From assembly GCA_964372875.1 (NCBI GenBank), contig CAYJTB010000004.1:4343-68342 (forward strand): 64,000 bases of DNA. The letters are read 5' to 3'. The notes below the pieces were generated by a model that was not told where the DNA came from, did not search any database, and was given only the letters and a program-made list of their open reading frames with translations. Position numbers and translations under genes: made by a program. Positions within the stretch are counted from its first letter, which is position 1. Every line of letters starts with the position of its first letter. Below, in pieces: positions 18,596 through 27,463 of the stretch. The stretch comes from an uncultured bacterium. Lineage in GTDB: Bacteria > Omnitrophota > Omnitrophia > Omnitrophales > JACQLI01.

Positions 18596-18820
18596 GTGAA
18601 CGAAGACCTAAGAGAAAATAAGAGAGCGGAATACCCTCGCCGCGAGAGAACTCAAATCATGACACCGAAAGAGGCCGCAAAGTATTTGGGGTTCCATCTT
18701 GTGACCATCTATCGGCTGCTTAAGAAAAGAGAAATTCCTGCCGTAAAGATCGGCGGTCAGTGGAGATTTAAGAAAGACGTTTTGGATGCTTGGCTTGTGG
18801 AACGGATGGGAAGAGCTTAA
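18596..18820 (+). CDS. Small helix-turn-helix DNA-binding protein of the excisionase/AlpA (HTH_17) family.
   Basis: MTPKEAAKYLGFHLVTIYRLLKKREIPAVKIGGQWRFKKDVLDAWL is a canonical HTH_17 fold. The start is GTG at 18596 (with AAGGAGA RBS) or ATG at 18659. Confidence 0.6.
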   Translation: MNEDLRENKRAEYPRRERTQIMTPKEAAKYLGFHLVTIYRLLKKREIPAVKIGGQWRFKKDVLDAWLVERMGRA

Positions 18821-18843
18821 ACCTCTCAGAGGATTACCCATCG

Positions 18844-19365
18844 ATGGTTATCGCATCAAGTTCTGTATCTTGGGATGAGTTACATTGGTATGCCCTTTAC
18901 ACAAAAAGCCGGCATGAGAAAGTAGTTGAGGAAGGGCTTCAAGGTAAAGGAATCAAGACCTTCCTTCCAACCCGGAAACTTATTCGTCATTGGACGGACC
19001 GGGTCAAGCATATCGAGGAACCCATCTTTAAGGGTTACCTTTTCGTTCAAATCCCCTTGAGAAAACAATTGGAAGTCTTGGAAACCCGCGGCTCCGTTCG
19101 TCTGATTGGGTTTAATTCTTTTCCAGTTCCTATTCCTGAAAAAGAGTTAGAGACTGTCCGAAAATTTATTCAAGAGGACATTGCAATTGATCCCTACCCT
19201 TATTTAGCGGTGGGGAATCGGGTCTATGTCCGTTCCGGCCCGTTCAAAGGGGTCGAAGGTTTTATTGTTCGTAAAGACCGGCATACGCGCCTCGTGATGT
19301 CACTGGATCTTTTATTTCAATCGATCTCTGTCGAAATCGACGAAGCGCTTGTAGAAAAAATATAG
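18844..19365 (+). CDS. NusG-family operon-specific transcription antiterminator (RfaH/UpxY/LoaP-like paralog).
   Basis: An NGN domain (WYALYTKSRHEKVVEEGL...PIFKGYLFVQ) plus a C-terminal KOW (GNRVYVRSGPFKGVEGFIVRKD). It sits immediately upstream of the long plus-strand glycan locus. Confidence 0.7.
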   Translation: MVIASSSVSWDELHWYALYTKSRHEKVVEEGLQGKGIKTFLPTRKLIRHWTDRVKHIEEPIFKGYLFVQIPLRKQLEVLETRGSVRLIGFNSFPVPIPEKELETVRKFIQEDIAIDPYPYLAVGNRVYVRSGPFKGVEGFIVRKDRHTRLVMSLDLLFQSISVEIDEALVEKI

Positions 19366-19367
19366 CC

Positions 19368-19434
19368 GTCATTCTGAGCCGCCAAAGGCGGCGAAGAATC
19401 TTAGATCTTTCAGCCCTTCGGGCTTCAAGATGAC
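19368..19434. repeat. Palindromic repeat element, copy B, with termini GTCATTCTGAGC...TCAAGATGAC and an internal GCCC-UUCG-GGGC hairpin.
   Basis: It shares termini and internal blocks with copy A (6100-6187) and begins 3 nt after the NusG-like stop codon. Confidence 0.6.
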
Positions 19435-19569
19435 AAGAATGCCCCTCGCTAAGTCCTTCTGGGACTGAGAGGGCGAAGCTGTGTAAAGCAATGAAAAATA
19501 TAAAATTAAGAATGGAAAATGAACAGCGTATGCAATTTTGCATTTTACATTTTAGATTTTGAAATTTTT

Positions 19570-21546
19570 ATGTGCGGAATCGCAGCCATATTTGCTTACC
19601 ACTACGTAGCTCCTGAGGTCAATCGGGAAGAGCTCCGGCTTATAAGAGATGCCATGGCTTCCCGGGGCCCCGACGGTGTAGGCGAGTGGTTTTCTGAAAA
19701 TGGGAAGGTCGGCTTGGGACACCGCCGGCTTTCCATTATTGATCTTTCTCCCAGAGGCGCCCAGCCGATGCAAACGGAAGACGGAAAAATTGTCGTGAGC
19801 TTCAACGGAGAAATTTATAACTATCGCGAGTTGCGTTCAGACCTCGAAAACAAAGGTCGTATTTTCAGATCGAATTCAGATACCGAAGTCCTGCTTCATC
19901 TTTATCAATTAAAAGGCCAGGCAATGGTTCACGATCTTCGGGGAATGTTTGCCTTTACATTGTGGGACGGCAGAAAAAATTCTTTGTTCCTTGCACGCGA
20001 TCCCTATGGGATCAAACCTCTTTATTATGCGGACGATGGCTGGACGGTTCGAGTTGCCTCTCAAGTCAAAGCACTGCTAAAAAGCGACAAGGTTTCAAAA
20101 TTAGCCGAGCCCGCCGGAACCGTGGGTTTTTTTCTGATGGGCAGCGTTCCCGAACCCTACACGCTTTATCAAGAAATCCGTCAAGTCCCCGCAGGGAGTT
20201 ATGTTTGGGTGGATGAGCTGGGACCGTCATCACCGAAAAGATATTTTTCGATTGCGGAGATTTTAACGTCATCGCGAGGAGGCCGTAGAGATCCCTCGCT
20301 CGTCATTGCGAGCCCGACGAAGTCGGACGAAGCAATCTCGGGCTCGGGACAGGCTCCGCAATCCGGTTCTGAGATTGCTTCGGCATCACTTGAAACACCG
20401 CCTCGCAATGACGTAAGTGTTCACTCCGCGCTTCTCGACTCCGTTCGCCATCATTTTGTTTCGGACGTTCCGGTGGGAATATTCCTTTCCGGCGGAATTG
20501 ATTCGGGATCCTTGGTATCTCTTGCAAGAGAGACCGGAATCCAAGATCTGCAAACCATGACTTTGGCATTCGAAGAATTTTACGGAGGTTCTTTGGATGA
20601 GATGCTTTGGGCAGAAACCGCCGCCCGAAAATTCGGCACCCGGCATACCTCACATACTCTTACGGAAAATGAATTCAAAAAAGAATTACCTCACTTTTTT
20701 GAATCCATGGATCAGCCGACAATTGATGGAGTGAATACTTATTTTATAAGTAAGGCCGCCCACGAATCGGGATTAAAAGTTGCTTTGTCAGGCCTTGGCG
20801 GAGATGAACTCTTTGGCGGCTACTCAACTTTTCAGGATATTCCTCGGCTGGTTGGGGCATTGGCCTTTCCCTCAAGAATTCCATTTTTGGGCGACGGTTT
20901 TCGTCATTTGTTTTCTATTCCAAGCCTACGACCAAAGTCGTTACACCCTAAATATGCGGGCCTTCTCAAATACGGTGCAAGCTATTCAAGCGCCTACTTT
21001 CTCCGACGCGGGCTTTTCATGCCGTGGGAATTAGACTCGGTGATGGGCAAAGAGATGGTTCACGAAGGATTAAACAGGCTTCAATTACTGCCGTCGATAA
21101 AAAGGACGCTTCAGCCCGAACCCAAAGATCCTTTTGCCAAAGTTGCCACCTTGGAGTCTTCCTTATATATGCGCAATCAACTGCTCCGTGATACCGATTG
21201 GGCGGGAATGGCTCACTCTTTGGAAGTGCGTACACCTTTCGTCGACTCAACGCTTCTAAAGAAACTGGTCCCTTTTTTAGTTTCTGAAAATCATCCTCAT
21301 AATGCCGGAAAAAAAATTCTCACCGGAAGTCTTAGCAATCCTTTACCCGGAGAAATTACCCGTCGTGCGAAAACAGGTTTTTCTGTCCCCGTGGAAAAAT
21401 GGTTGGAAAAAGGCGGCGAATTAGATATGTGGCAGCGAATCCCCAGCTTGCAAAGCCAAGGGACTCCGTGGGCCAGGCGGTGGGCTTATGTCGTGATGTC
21501 AACTTTCAATAATGCAGTCGTAAAAGAGGAGGCGAGTGTCACATGA
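19570..21546 (+). CDS. Asparagine synthase (glutamine-hydrolysing)-like amidotransferase, paralog 1. It contains an in-frame palindromic-element insertion.
   Basis: MCGI N-terminal nucleophile Cys, an Ntn glutaminase domain and an SDVPVGIFLSGGIDSG PP-loop. The ORF-track start at 19519 is upstream of the real MCGI start. Confidence 0.85.
   Translation: MCGIAAIFAYHYVAPEVNREELRLIRDAMASRGPDGVGEWFSENGKVGLGHRRLSIIDLSPRGAQPMQTEDGKIVVSFNGEIYNYRELRSDLENKGRIFRSNSDTEVLLHLYQLKGQAMVHDLRGMFAFTLWDGRKNSLFLARDPYGIKPLYYADDGWTVRVASQVKALLKSDKVSKLAEPAGTVGFFLMGSVPEPYTLYQEIRQVPAGSYVWVDELGPSSPKRYFSIAEILTSSRGGRRDPSLVIASPTKSDEAISGSGQAPQSGSEIASASLETPPRNDVSVHSALLDSVRHHFVSDVPVGIFLSGGIDSGSLVSLARETGIQDLQTMTLAFEEFYGGSLDEMLWAETAARKFGTRHTSHTLTENEFKKELPHFFESMDQPTIDGVNTYFISKAAHESGLKVALSGLGGDELFGGYSTFQDIPRLVGALAFPSRIPFLGDGFRHLFSIPSLRPKSLHPKYAGLLKYGASYSSAYFLRRGLFMPWELDSVMGKEMVHEGLNRLQLLPSIKRTLQPEPKDPFAKVATLESSLYMRNQLLRDTDWAGMAHSLEVRTPFVDSTLLKKLVPFLVSENHPHNAGKKILTGSLSNPLPGEITRRAKTGFSVPVEKWLEKGGELDMWQRIPSLQSQGTPWARRWAYVVMSTFNNAVVKEEASVT
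20301..20413. repeat. Palindromic repeat element, copy C (CGTCATTGCGAGC ... GCTCGCAATGACG), inserted in frame within the AsnB-like coding sequence.
   Basis: A perfect 12-bp terminal inverted repeat, a nested inner inverted repeat (GAAGCAATCTC / GAGATTGCTTC) and a CCGAC-GAA-GTCGG hairpin. It encodes a low-complexity S/A/P/G-rich linker that is absent from the paralog at 40455. Confidence 0.65.
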
Positions 21547-22565
21547 ATATTAGCTGGGAAAGATGCCGGGTGCTTGTAACAGGCGGGGCTTCATTTATTG
21601 GCTCAAGCCTTGTCAGAGAACTAGTGGTCAGGCAAGCGAAGGTGCGGGTTGTAGACAATTTAACCAGCGGAAAGTTAGGCAATATTCAAGATCTGGTCGA
21701 AGACGAGACCATCGAATTTATGCAAGGAGATCTCCTTGATAAAGAAACAGCACGTCATGCGGCCAGTGGGATGCAAGTTGTTTTTCACTTGGCTGCGGAT
21801 CACGGCGGACGCGGCTATGTGGATCTGCATCAGGTGGAATGCGCTACCAATTTAATTCTAGACGGGATTTTTTTTAAAGCTTGTTATGAGGCAGGCGTTG
21901 AAAAAGTAGTCTTCGCCTCTTCAGGCTGCGTTTACCCGAATTACAAACAAATGAATACGGCGGAAGAAATTTATCTAACCGAAAATCAAGTGGGCCCGCC
22001 TTATGACGCGGATAATATGTACGGCTGGGCGAAGCTTATGGCGGAGCTCACACTTAAGGCTTATTACCAGCAGCGAAAAATGAAATCCGCAAGCTGCCGG
22101 TTCTTTACGGTCTACGGCCCGGGAGGAGTTGAGAATCACGCGGTCATTGCAATGATCGCGCGCGCCTTTACCCGGCAGGATCCTTTCGAAGTTTGGGGCG
22201 ACGGATCGCAGATCCGCAATTGGACCTACATCGATGACATTGTGAGCGGGATGATCGCGGCGGCGGAAAAAATCGAGGACGGCACGGCGGTTAATCTCGG
22301 CACGATGGAAAGAATCCGCGTGATTGACGCCGTAAAAGAAGTCTTGCGATATACCGGCCATAAAGCTGAGATCAAATTTCGTCCTGATATGCCGACCGGG
22401 CCCCTGAACCGAGTGGCTGACAACTCGCTGGCCAAAAAATTGATGGGTTGGGAACCCAAAGTTTCATTTATGGAAGGCCTTCACCGGACGATTGATTGGT
22501 ATGTCGGCACTAAAAATCGTGAGGATGTGGAAGCGATTCTCGGCCACATGCTGACGGAGCGATAA
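21543..22565 (+). CDS. NAD-dependent sugar epimerase/dehydratase (extended SDR).
   Basis: VTGGASFIGSSL Rossmann motif and YGWAK (YxxxK) active site. Confidence 0.7.
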   Translation: MNISWERCRVLVTGGASFIGSSLVRELVVRQAKVRVVDNLTSGKLGNIQDLVEDETIEFMQGDLLDKETARHAASGMQVVFHLAADHGGRGYVDLHQVECATNLILDGIFFKACYEAGVEKVVFASSGCVYPNYKQMNTAEEIYLTENQVGPPYDADNMYGWAKLMAELTLKAYYQQRKMKSASCRFFTVYGPGGVENHAVIAMIARAFTRQDPFEVWGDGSQIRNWTYIDDIVSGMIAAAEKIEDGTAVNLGTMERIRVIDAVKEVLRYTGHKAEIKFRPDMPTGPLNRVADNSLAKKLMGWEPKVSFMEGLHRTIDWYVGTKNREDVEAILGHMLTER

Positions 22566-22570
22566 AACGG

Positions 22571-23644
22571 ATGAAAATTTTAGCCTTGGTAACGGAGGCC
22601 TATGGAGGAGCGGGAGGAATCGCCAGGTTTAATCGCGATCTTCTTAAGGCGCTGTCTCAAATCGAACCTCAGCCAGAGATCGTAATATTACCGCGCGTTC
22701 GCCCCTACGGGGCTCGCAATGACGGATTGGTAGGTAAATTAGGTTACGCTACTGCGGCCTTAAAAACATTTTGGCAACAAGGCCCTTTCGATTTAATTTT
22801 CTGCGGCCATCTTCACTTAGCGCCTTTGGCCGCGCTTCTTTCACGAATGAAGAAAACGCCGGTTTGGCTTCAAATTCACGGCATCGAGGCATGGCAGAGA
22901 CCGTCTGATCTTCTCGCCCGGGCGGCGGAGAGCTCAGATCTTGTCACTGCGGTAAGCCGCCATACCCGAAGAGAATTTTTAGAGTGGGCCTCTATCGATC
23001 CTGGGAAAGTGCGCGTTCTCCCCAATACCGTGGATGAAAATTTTACCCCCGGTCCCAAACCGGACTACCTGCTCAAGCGTTACGGATTAGAAAATAAAAA
23101 AATTCTTTTCACCCTCTCCAGGTTGTCCTCTCAAGAAAAATATAAAGGCCATGACCGGGTTATCCGTGTCCTGCCACGCCTCCTGGAAAAATTCCCCAGC
23201 CTCGTTTATACGATCGGAGGATCGGGCGATGATCAAGCCAGGCTCCAGGCGCTAGCCGGGGAGTACCGATTAAAGGATGCGGTGATGTTTCTGGGTGAAA
23301 TCAAAGAGACCGAGCTTGCCGATCATTACCGCATGGCGGATCTTTTTGTGATGCCGAGCACGGGAGAAGGATTTGGGATCGTATTTCTTGAGGCGGCCCG
23401 CTCAGGAATTCCTGTTGTCGCTGCCGGGGCGGGAGGAGCTTTCGATGCCCTGCTGGAAGGAAAGATCGGGCGCTTGGTGAATCCGGATGATGCTGATGCG
23501 CTGGCGCAAGCCATTGAAGAAACTTTAGCTTCCCGTACCCATTCCCCCAAACTTGTTCAGCGATTTTCTTCCGCCAACTTTCACCAGTTGGTTGAAACTT
23601 TGATGAATGACCGGCTTGTTTTGACGGGTGTTGAAAATGGTTAG
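22571..23644 (+). CDS. Glycosyltransferase family 4.
   Basis: C-terminal EGFGIVFLEAARSGIPVVA (E-x7-E) GT-B motif. Confidence 0.75.
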   Translation: MKILALVTEAYGGAGGIARFNRDLLKALSQIEPQPEIVILPRVRPYGARNDGLVGKLGYATAALKTFWQQGPFDLIFCGHLHLAPLAALLSRMKKTPVWLQIHGIEAWQRPSDLLARAAESSDLVTAVSRHTRREFLEWASIDPGKVRVLPNTVDENFTPGPKPDYLLKRYGLENKKILFTLSRLSSQEKYKGHDRVIRVLPRLLEKFPSLVYTIGGSGDDQARLQALAGEYRLKDAVMFLGEIKETELADHYRMADLFVMPSTGEGFGIVFLEAARSGIPVVAAGAGGAFDALLEGKIGRLVNPDDADALAQAIEETLASRTHSPKLVQRFSSANFHQLVETLMNDRLVLTGVENG

Positions 23645-24506
23645 CCTGGAACGAATTAAAAACGCAATCCGGAACCGGTATTTTTCAGAAAACCGGGTTG
23701 TCGTCATTGAACCGGCAAAAGGCTGGCGGATGTTGGACTTCAGAGAACTCTGGGCTTATCGGGAACTGTTTGGGGTATTGGCATTAAGAGACATCAAAAT
23801 CCGCTATAAGCAAACGGTCCTGGGTTGCGCCTGGGCCGTCATTCAACCGGTGATGGGAATGGTGGTGTTTTCTGTTATTTTCGGACATTGGGCCAAGATA
23901 CCCTCAGACGGTTACCCGTACCCAATTTTTGTTTATGCCGGACTTCTCCCTTGGAATTTTTTTGCGGCCACTCTGGCCGCAGCGGGAAATTCCGTGGTGA
24001 GTTCCTCCAATCTTATCACTAAAGTTTATTTCCCTCGCCTGATCGTTCCCATGGCTTCTTTAGGGACACCTCTTGTGGACTTTTTCATTTCCTCGTTTGT
24101 CATGCTGTCGCTCATGATATATTTCAAAGTCGGATTGCATATCAACCTTCTCGCGATTCCATTTTTGATTCTCGCCGTTATTTTTACCGCGCTCGGCGTG
24201 GGGACTTTGCTTTCGGCTTTAGTCGTTGCGTACCGCGACTTCCGATTCGTGATCCCCTTTCTTTTGCAAGTCTGGATGTATGCGACGCCCGTGATTTTTC
24301 CGATCGGGCTTGTGCCGAGCCAATGGCGGTGGGCGCTTTATCTCAATCCGATGGCCGGCATCATCGATGGGTTCAGGTCTGCATTTTTGGGAAAACCTTT
24401 TAATCTCGATGTCCTTGGGCTTTCCTTTTGTGCGGGCATCGTCATGTTTATTATTGGGGTAGCTTATTTCGAAAAAGTCGAGCGCCGTTTCGCGGATGTA
24501 ATTTGA
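23628..24506 (+). CDS. wzm: ABC-2 type polysaccharide export permease (Wzm/KpsM/TagG-like).
   Basis: Six TM helices and an ABC-2 permease signature. The cognate ATPase lies about 3.9 kb downstream, beyond an accessory insertion. Confidence 0.8.
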   Translation: MLKMVSLERIKNAIRNRYFSENRVVVIEPAKGWRMLDFRELWAYRELFGVLALRDIKIRYKQTVLGCAWAVIQPVMGMVVFSVIFGHWAKIPSDGYPYPIFVYAGLLPWNFFAATLAAAGNSVVSSSNLITKVYFPRLIVPMASLGTPLVDFFISSFVMLSLMIYFKVGLHINLLAIPFLILAVIFTALGVGTLLSALVVAYRDFRFVIPFLLQVWMYATPVIFPIGLVPSQWRWALYLNPMAGIIDGFRSAFLGKPFNLDVLGLSFCAGIVMFIIGVAYFEKVERRFADVI

Positions 24507-24507
24507 T
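24454..24507. repeat. A 54-bp perfect direct repeat, copy 1, covering the 3' end of wzm. Copy 2 is at 26077-26130.
   Basis: Exact identity (TTGGGGTAGCTTATTTCGAAAAAGTCGAGCGCCGTTTCGCGGATGTAATTTGAT) at both positions. Confidence 0.85.
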
Positions 24508-24544
24508 ACCCGCCAACGGTCACCGAAGAAAGCTGCTCTTTTGG

Positions 24545-25699
24545 GTGGAGAACTACCACAGTTTTTATGATCAATACCTCCAAGCGCATCCTGAATTAGA
24601 AAAAGAATCCTTTGAAGGGATCAGCCGGAAACTCTATGAACAAATGTTTTATCAAGCGGATAGTTACGCTTACGCCGCTCGCGAGCTCGGGTATGACGCC
24701 GGGCAAGTGATTCCCACATGCCGCTCCCTTCAGGAGCGATGGGGAGCCGAACACGGAATGTCGTTCCCCCCTCGCTGGTTGAGCTCGAGACCCTGGCGCT
24801 GGTGGTGGACACGGATCGCTGGAAAACCGCACCCCAAGGAGTCGTTCTATGAAAAAATTCTATTGAAACAACTCGAGGAATTTCGTCCCGATCTTCTCTA
24901 TATTTTCACCGGGGCGCCGATAACGTCCTCACTCCTTGCAAGGGCCCGAGAATTCTGCAGCCGCATTGTCATTCAGTGGACCTGTCTCATTGACCCGAGC
25001 CATCCTTTTCATTTGTACGACGAAGTGGTTTCGTGTGCACGAAATTTTGTCGAAGACTTTCGCAGCATGGAAGTTCCCGCGGCCTTCTGTCCCCACGCTT
25101 TTGACGAAAGGGTGCTGAATAAAATTCGAATACCTGCAAACAAAGAAGGAGCGGTGTTTGTAGGAAGCCTATCCGCACTGCACCGGCACCGGATTGAAAT
25201 TCTCGACCAACTTTCGAGGCAAATGGATTTTGACTTCTACGGCATGGGGGTCGAGTGCCTCCTCAAAGATTCGCCGTTGAGGAAATATTACCGGGGCCCG
25301 GTCTTCGGGCTTCCGATGTATGAGGTTTTCTCCCGCTGCCGGGTTGTAATCCATGCTTCAGGAGACGCCACCCTGCCCGCTGCCGGAGCCAAGAGACTTT
25401 TTGAAGCAACCGGAGCCGGCGCCTTTCTTCTGACCGAGGACCAGCTGGGGCTTGGAGAGTTCTTTGAAGTTGGAAAAGAAGTTGAGACCTTTTCAAGCGT
25501 GGAGGAATGCGCCGAAAAAGTTCGATATTTTCTATCACATGATTCAGCCAGAGAAGCAATCGCTAAAGCGGGTCAGACGCGGACACTTCGCGATCATACG
25601 TTTCGGGTTCGGATGCCGAAACTCATGGAGATTCTGGAGAATGTCATCGAAGGTAAGGGAGCTCGGGAGACCGTTGCAAGAAGAGCGAAACTCGTTTGA
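24545..25699 (+). CDS. CgeB-family (DUF3880 / Glyco_trans_1_2) glycosyltransferase-like protein. The start is uncertain and the gene may be 5'-truncated at the repeat junction.
   Basis: The C-terminal region (RYFLSHDSAREAIAKAGQTRTLRDHTFRVRMP) resembles CgeB-type GT domains and is paralogous to 52332..53360. No canonical start follows wzm in frame, and GTG at 24545 is the first candidate. Confidence 0.45.
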   Translation: MENYHSFYDQYLQAHPELEKESFEGISRKLYEQMFYQADSYAYAARELGYDAGQVIPTCRSLQERWGAEHGMSFPPRWLSSRPWRWWWTRIAGKPHPKESFYEKILLKQLEEFRPDLLYIFTGAPITSSLLARAREFCSRIVIQWTCLIDPSHPFHLYDEVVSCARNFVEDFRSMEVPAAFCPHAFDERVLNKIRIPANKEGAVFVGSLSALHRHRIEILDQLSRQMDFDFYGMGVECLLKDSPLRKYYRGPVFGLPMYEVFSRCRVVIHASGDATLPAAGAKRLFEATGAGAFLLTEDQLGLGEFFEVGKEVETFSSVEECAEKVRYFLSHDSAREAIAKAGQTRTLRDHTFRVRMPKLMEILENVIEGKGARETVARRAKLV

Positions 25700-26085
25700 G
25701 TGGATTAACGGTGAAAAAGAAATCGACAGGCCGTGAACAAGCTCAGGGATTCAACTTCTTCAAAAAAGCGGGGCCTTCTTCATCCTCCTGGGAGAATCAA
25801 GTTCGCAGCCTCTGGAGGGAGTATCTCGTTGAGACGTTGGGGAGACCCGAGGAGAATGCCCGCGAGAGGATCGAGCAAGAGATTTCAGCTTCTATCTATC
25901 ACGAACTTCTCTCCGGATTGGAAACGGCGGGATGGAAATTTGAGGGAAGCGTGGCCATTGACATCGGCTGCGGCACGGGCGGCCTTGTGGGTGAACTCGT
26001 AAAACGATCGGCCCATGCGGTGGGAATCGAACCCGGCACGGCTTGGCGCGAAGCGCCGAGCCAACGGCTGTTATCCTTGGGGTAG
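25696..26085 (+). pseudogene. 3'-truncated class I SAM-dependent methyltransferase fragment.
   Basis: Only motif I (IDIGCGTGGLVGELV) and motif post-I are present. The ORF runs into direct-repeat copy 2 and stops after 129 aa. Confidence 0.5.
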
Positions 26086-26130
26086 CTTATTTCGAAAAAG
26101 TCGAGCGCCGTTTCGCGGATGTAATTTGAT
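26077..26130. repeat. A 54-bp perfect direct repeat, copy 2, duplicating the wzm 3' end.
   Basis: Identical to 24454-24507. Confidence 0.85.
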
Positions 26131-26214
26131 GAATGTTGGATGGTTGAGGGGTTGGGTCGTTGAACCGGGGGAAATTAGGACAGGCGGAGATAATCCCGGA
26201 TGTAGCGGACGATC

Positions 26215-26679
26215 TCAATTTGAACCATGGCCGGAAGGGGTTCCCAGATTTTTCAAATACCGGGTCAAATAAAATTGCTGAATGCGTCTGAGAGGGGCCG
26301 TATCTTGATAACGACGAAAAGTATCAACAAAGACCTGCTGTTCCAGGAGAGAATCGCGGCAGTAGACGAGGATGCCCTGCGTGAAAGTTTGATATTGAAG
26401 AAGAGGCGGTGCTTGGTTGAGGAGGACCAAATCGATCCGATTACTTTGAAAAGCACTCATGAGGCAGCCTGTGAGATGAGCTTCGTAGCCGTAAGGATAT
26501 TTTTTCTCTCCGGCTTTTTCCTCATTAATAAAGACACCCATGTCAATATCGCTGAGGGGTGTTGTCCGGCCTTGGACAGAGGATCCGAAGAGGTAGGCGA
26601 ACGAGACCTCCTCCCGCTTTTCACAGAAGGCGACAAGCTTTTGTTTGAGTGTTTCAAGATCCAAAATCATAGCAGGCAA
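26215..26679 (-). CDS. Nucleotidyltransferase-domain protein (MNT / Pol-beta superfamily), solitary.
   Basis: LFGSSVQGRTTPLSDIDMGVF (GS...DxD) minimal nucleotidyltransferase motif. It lies on the opposite strand to the surrounding locus and has no adjacent HEPN partner. Confidence 0.65.
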   Translation of the reverse strand: MPAMILDLETLKQKLVAFCEKREEVSFAYLFGSSVQGRTTPLSDIDMGVFINEEKAGEKKYPYGYEAHLTGCLMSAFQSNRIDLVLLNQAPPLLQYQTFTQGILVYCRDSLLEQQVFVDTFRRYQDTAPLRRIQQFYLTRYLKNLGTPSGHGSN

Positions 26680-26780
26680 AGCTTAGACGAGCGGACCCGT
26701 TTTGTCAATTTGTTGAATCGTGGATCGTTGAAGTGGTTGAGCGGCCATCGCAACAGGCCTTGAAATTATATTTCAATATG

Positions 26781-26796
26781 TTATCATAAATGATAA
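26781..26796. promoter_or_regulatory. Perfect inverted repeat TTATCATaaATGATAA about 10 nt upstream of the abiEi start. It is a candidate autoregulatory operator.
   Basis: Two 7-bp palindromic arms with a 2-nt spacer. AbiEi antitoxins are known to bind inverted repeats in their own promoters. Confidence 0.4.
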
Positions 26797-26805
26797 TTAA
26801 ACAAA

Positions 26806-27444
26806 ATGAAATTTATAGAGTTCGTACAGGCCTTTGGGAGACTCCCCCTCATTGAAACAGAAAATCTGTTGGCAGGAGCCGCCGATAGCGCCGCGATTAA
26901 AGTGCAACTCAGCCGTTGGACAAGAAGTGGAAAAATTATTCAGCTCAAAAGGGGCGTCTATCTTTTGGCCGAGTCCTATCGCCGGGTGGAGCCTTACGAA
27001 CCTTTTATCGCATCCATTTTGAAAAAGCCGTCTTATCTGAGCCTTGAAAAAGCCCTTGAGCATCATCATTTAATTCCGGAAAGTGTGCCCGTCTATACCT
27101 CGGTGACCCCCAAAGGGCCAGCGAGATTTATTTCCGAACTAGGCAGTTTTAATTATCGGCACATCCAGCCTTCTCTTTTCTGGGGATACGAATCAGTCAC
27201 CGTTCGCCGCCAAACAGCCTTTATCGCTACTCCGGAGAAAGCTCTCTTAGATTTGATCTATCTCAAAGCAGGAGAAATTTCCGGGGATTACTTGGAAGAA
27301 ATGAGGCTGGAGAACCTTCAAGCCCTCCGGCCTACCCGAGTTTTGGCGCATGCCGCGCGCTTTAACATGCCCCGTATGGCGCGCGCAGCCCGAGTGCTCA
27401 CCGCTTTTATCCGCTCACGCCGCCGGGAGGAAAAAACGCTTTGA
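26806..27444 (+). CDS. abiEi: Type IV toxin-antitoxin / abortive-infection antitoxin AbiEi-family protein.
   Basis: An N-terminal wHTH and an AbiEi_4-like domain (KRGVYLL...KALLDLIYL). It is followed by an AbiEii-family nucleotidyltransferase gene. Confidence 0.65.
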   Translation: MKFIEFVQAFGRLPLIETENLLAGAADSAAIKVQLSRWTRSGKIIQLKRGVYLLAESYRRVEPYEPFIASILKKPSYLSLEKALEHHHLIPESVPVYTSVTPKGPARFISELGSFNYRHIQPSLFWGYESVTVRRQTAFIATPEKALLDLIYLKAGEISGDYLEEMRLENLQALRPTRVLAHAARFNMPRMARAARVLTAFIRSRRREEKTL

Positions 27445-27463
27445 TCCCATCACCTCCATTGCA

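Noticed and set aside
19381-19400. An ops-like element (GGCGGTAG) for the NusG paralog.
   Set aside because: Only a partial match (GGCGGCGAAG) lies inside palindromic element B, which is insufficient. The exact GGCGGTAG at about 16034 lies inside the mgtE coding sequence and is coincidental.
24428-24544. The N-terminal extension of the CgeB-like ORF (MCGHRHVYYWGSLFRKSRAPFRGCNL...).
   Set aside because: This segment is the out-of-frame translation of the wzm 3' end and direct repeat. The same peptide appears from repeat copy 2 in ORF 26015..26272, so it is not real coding sequence.
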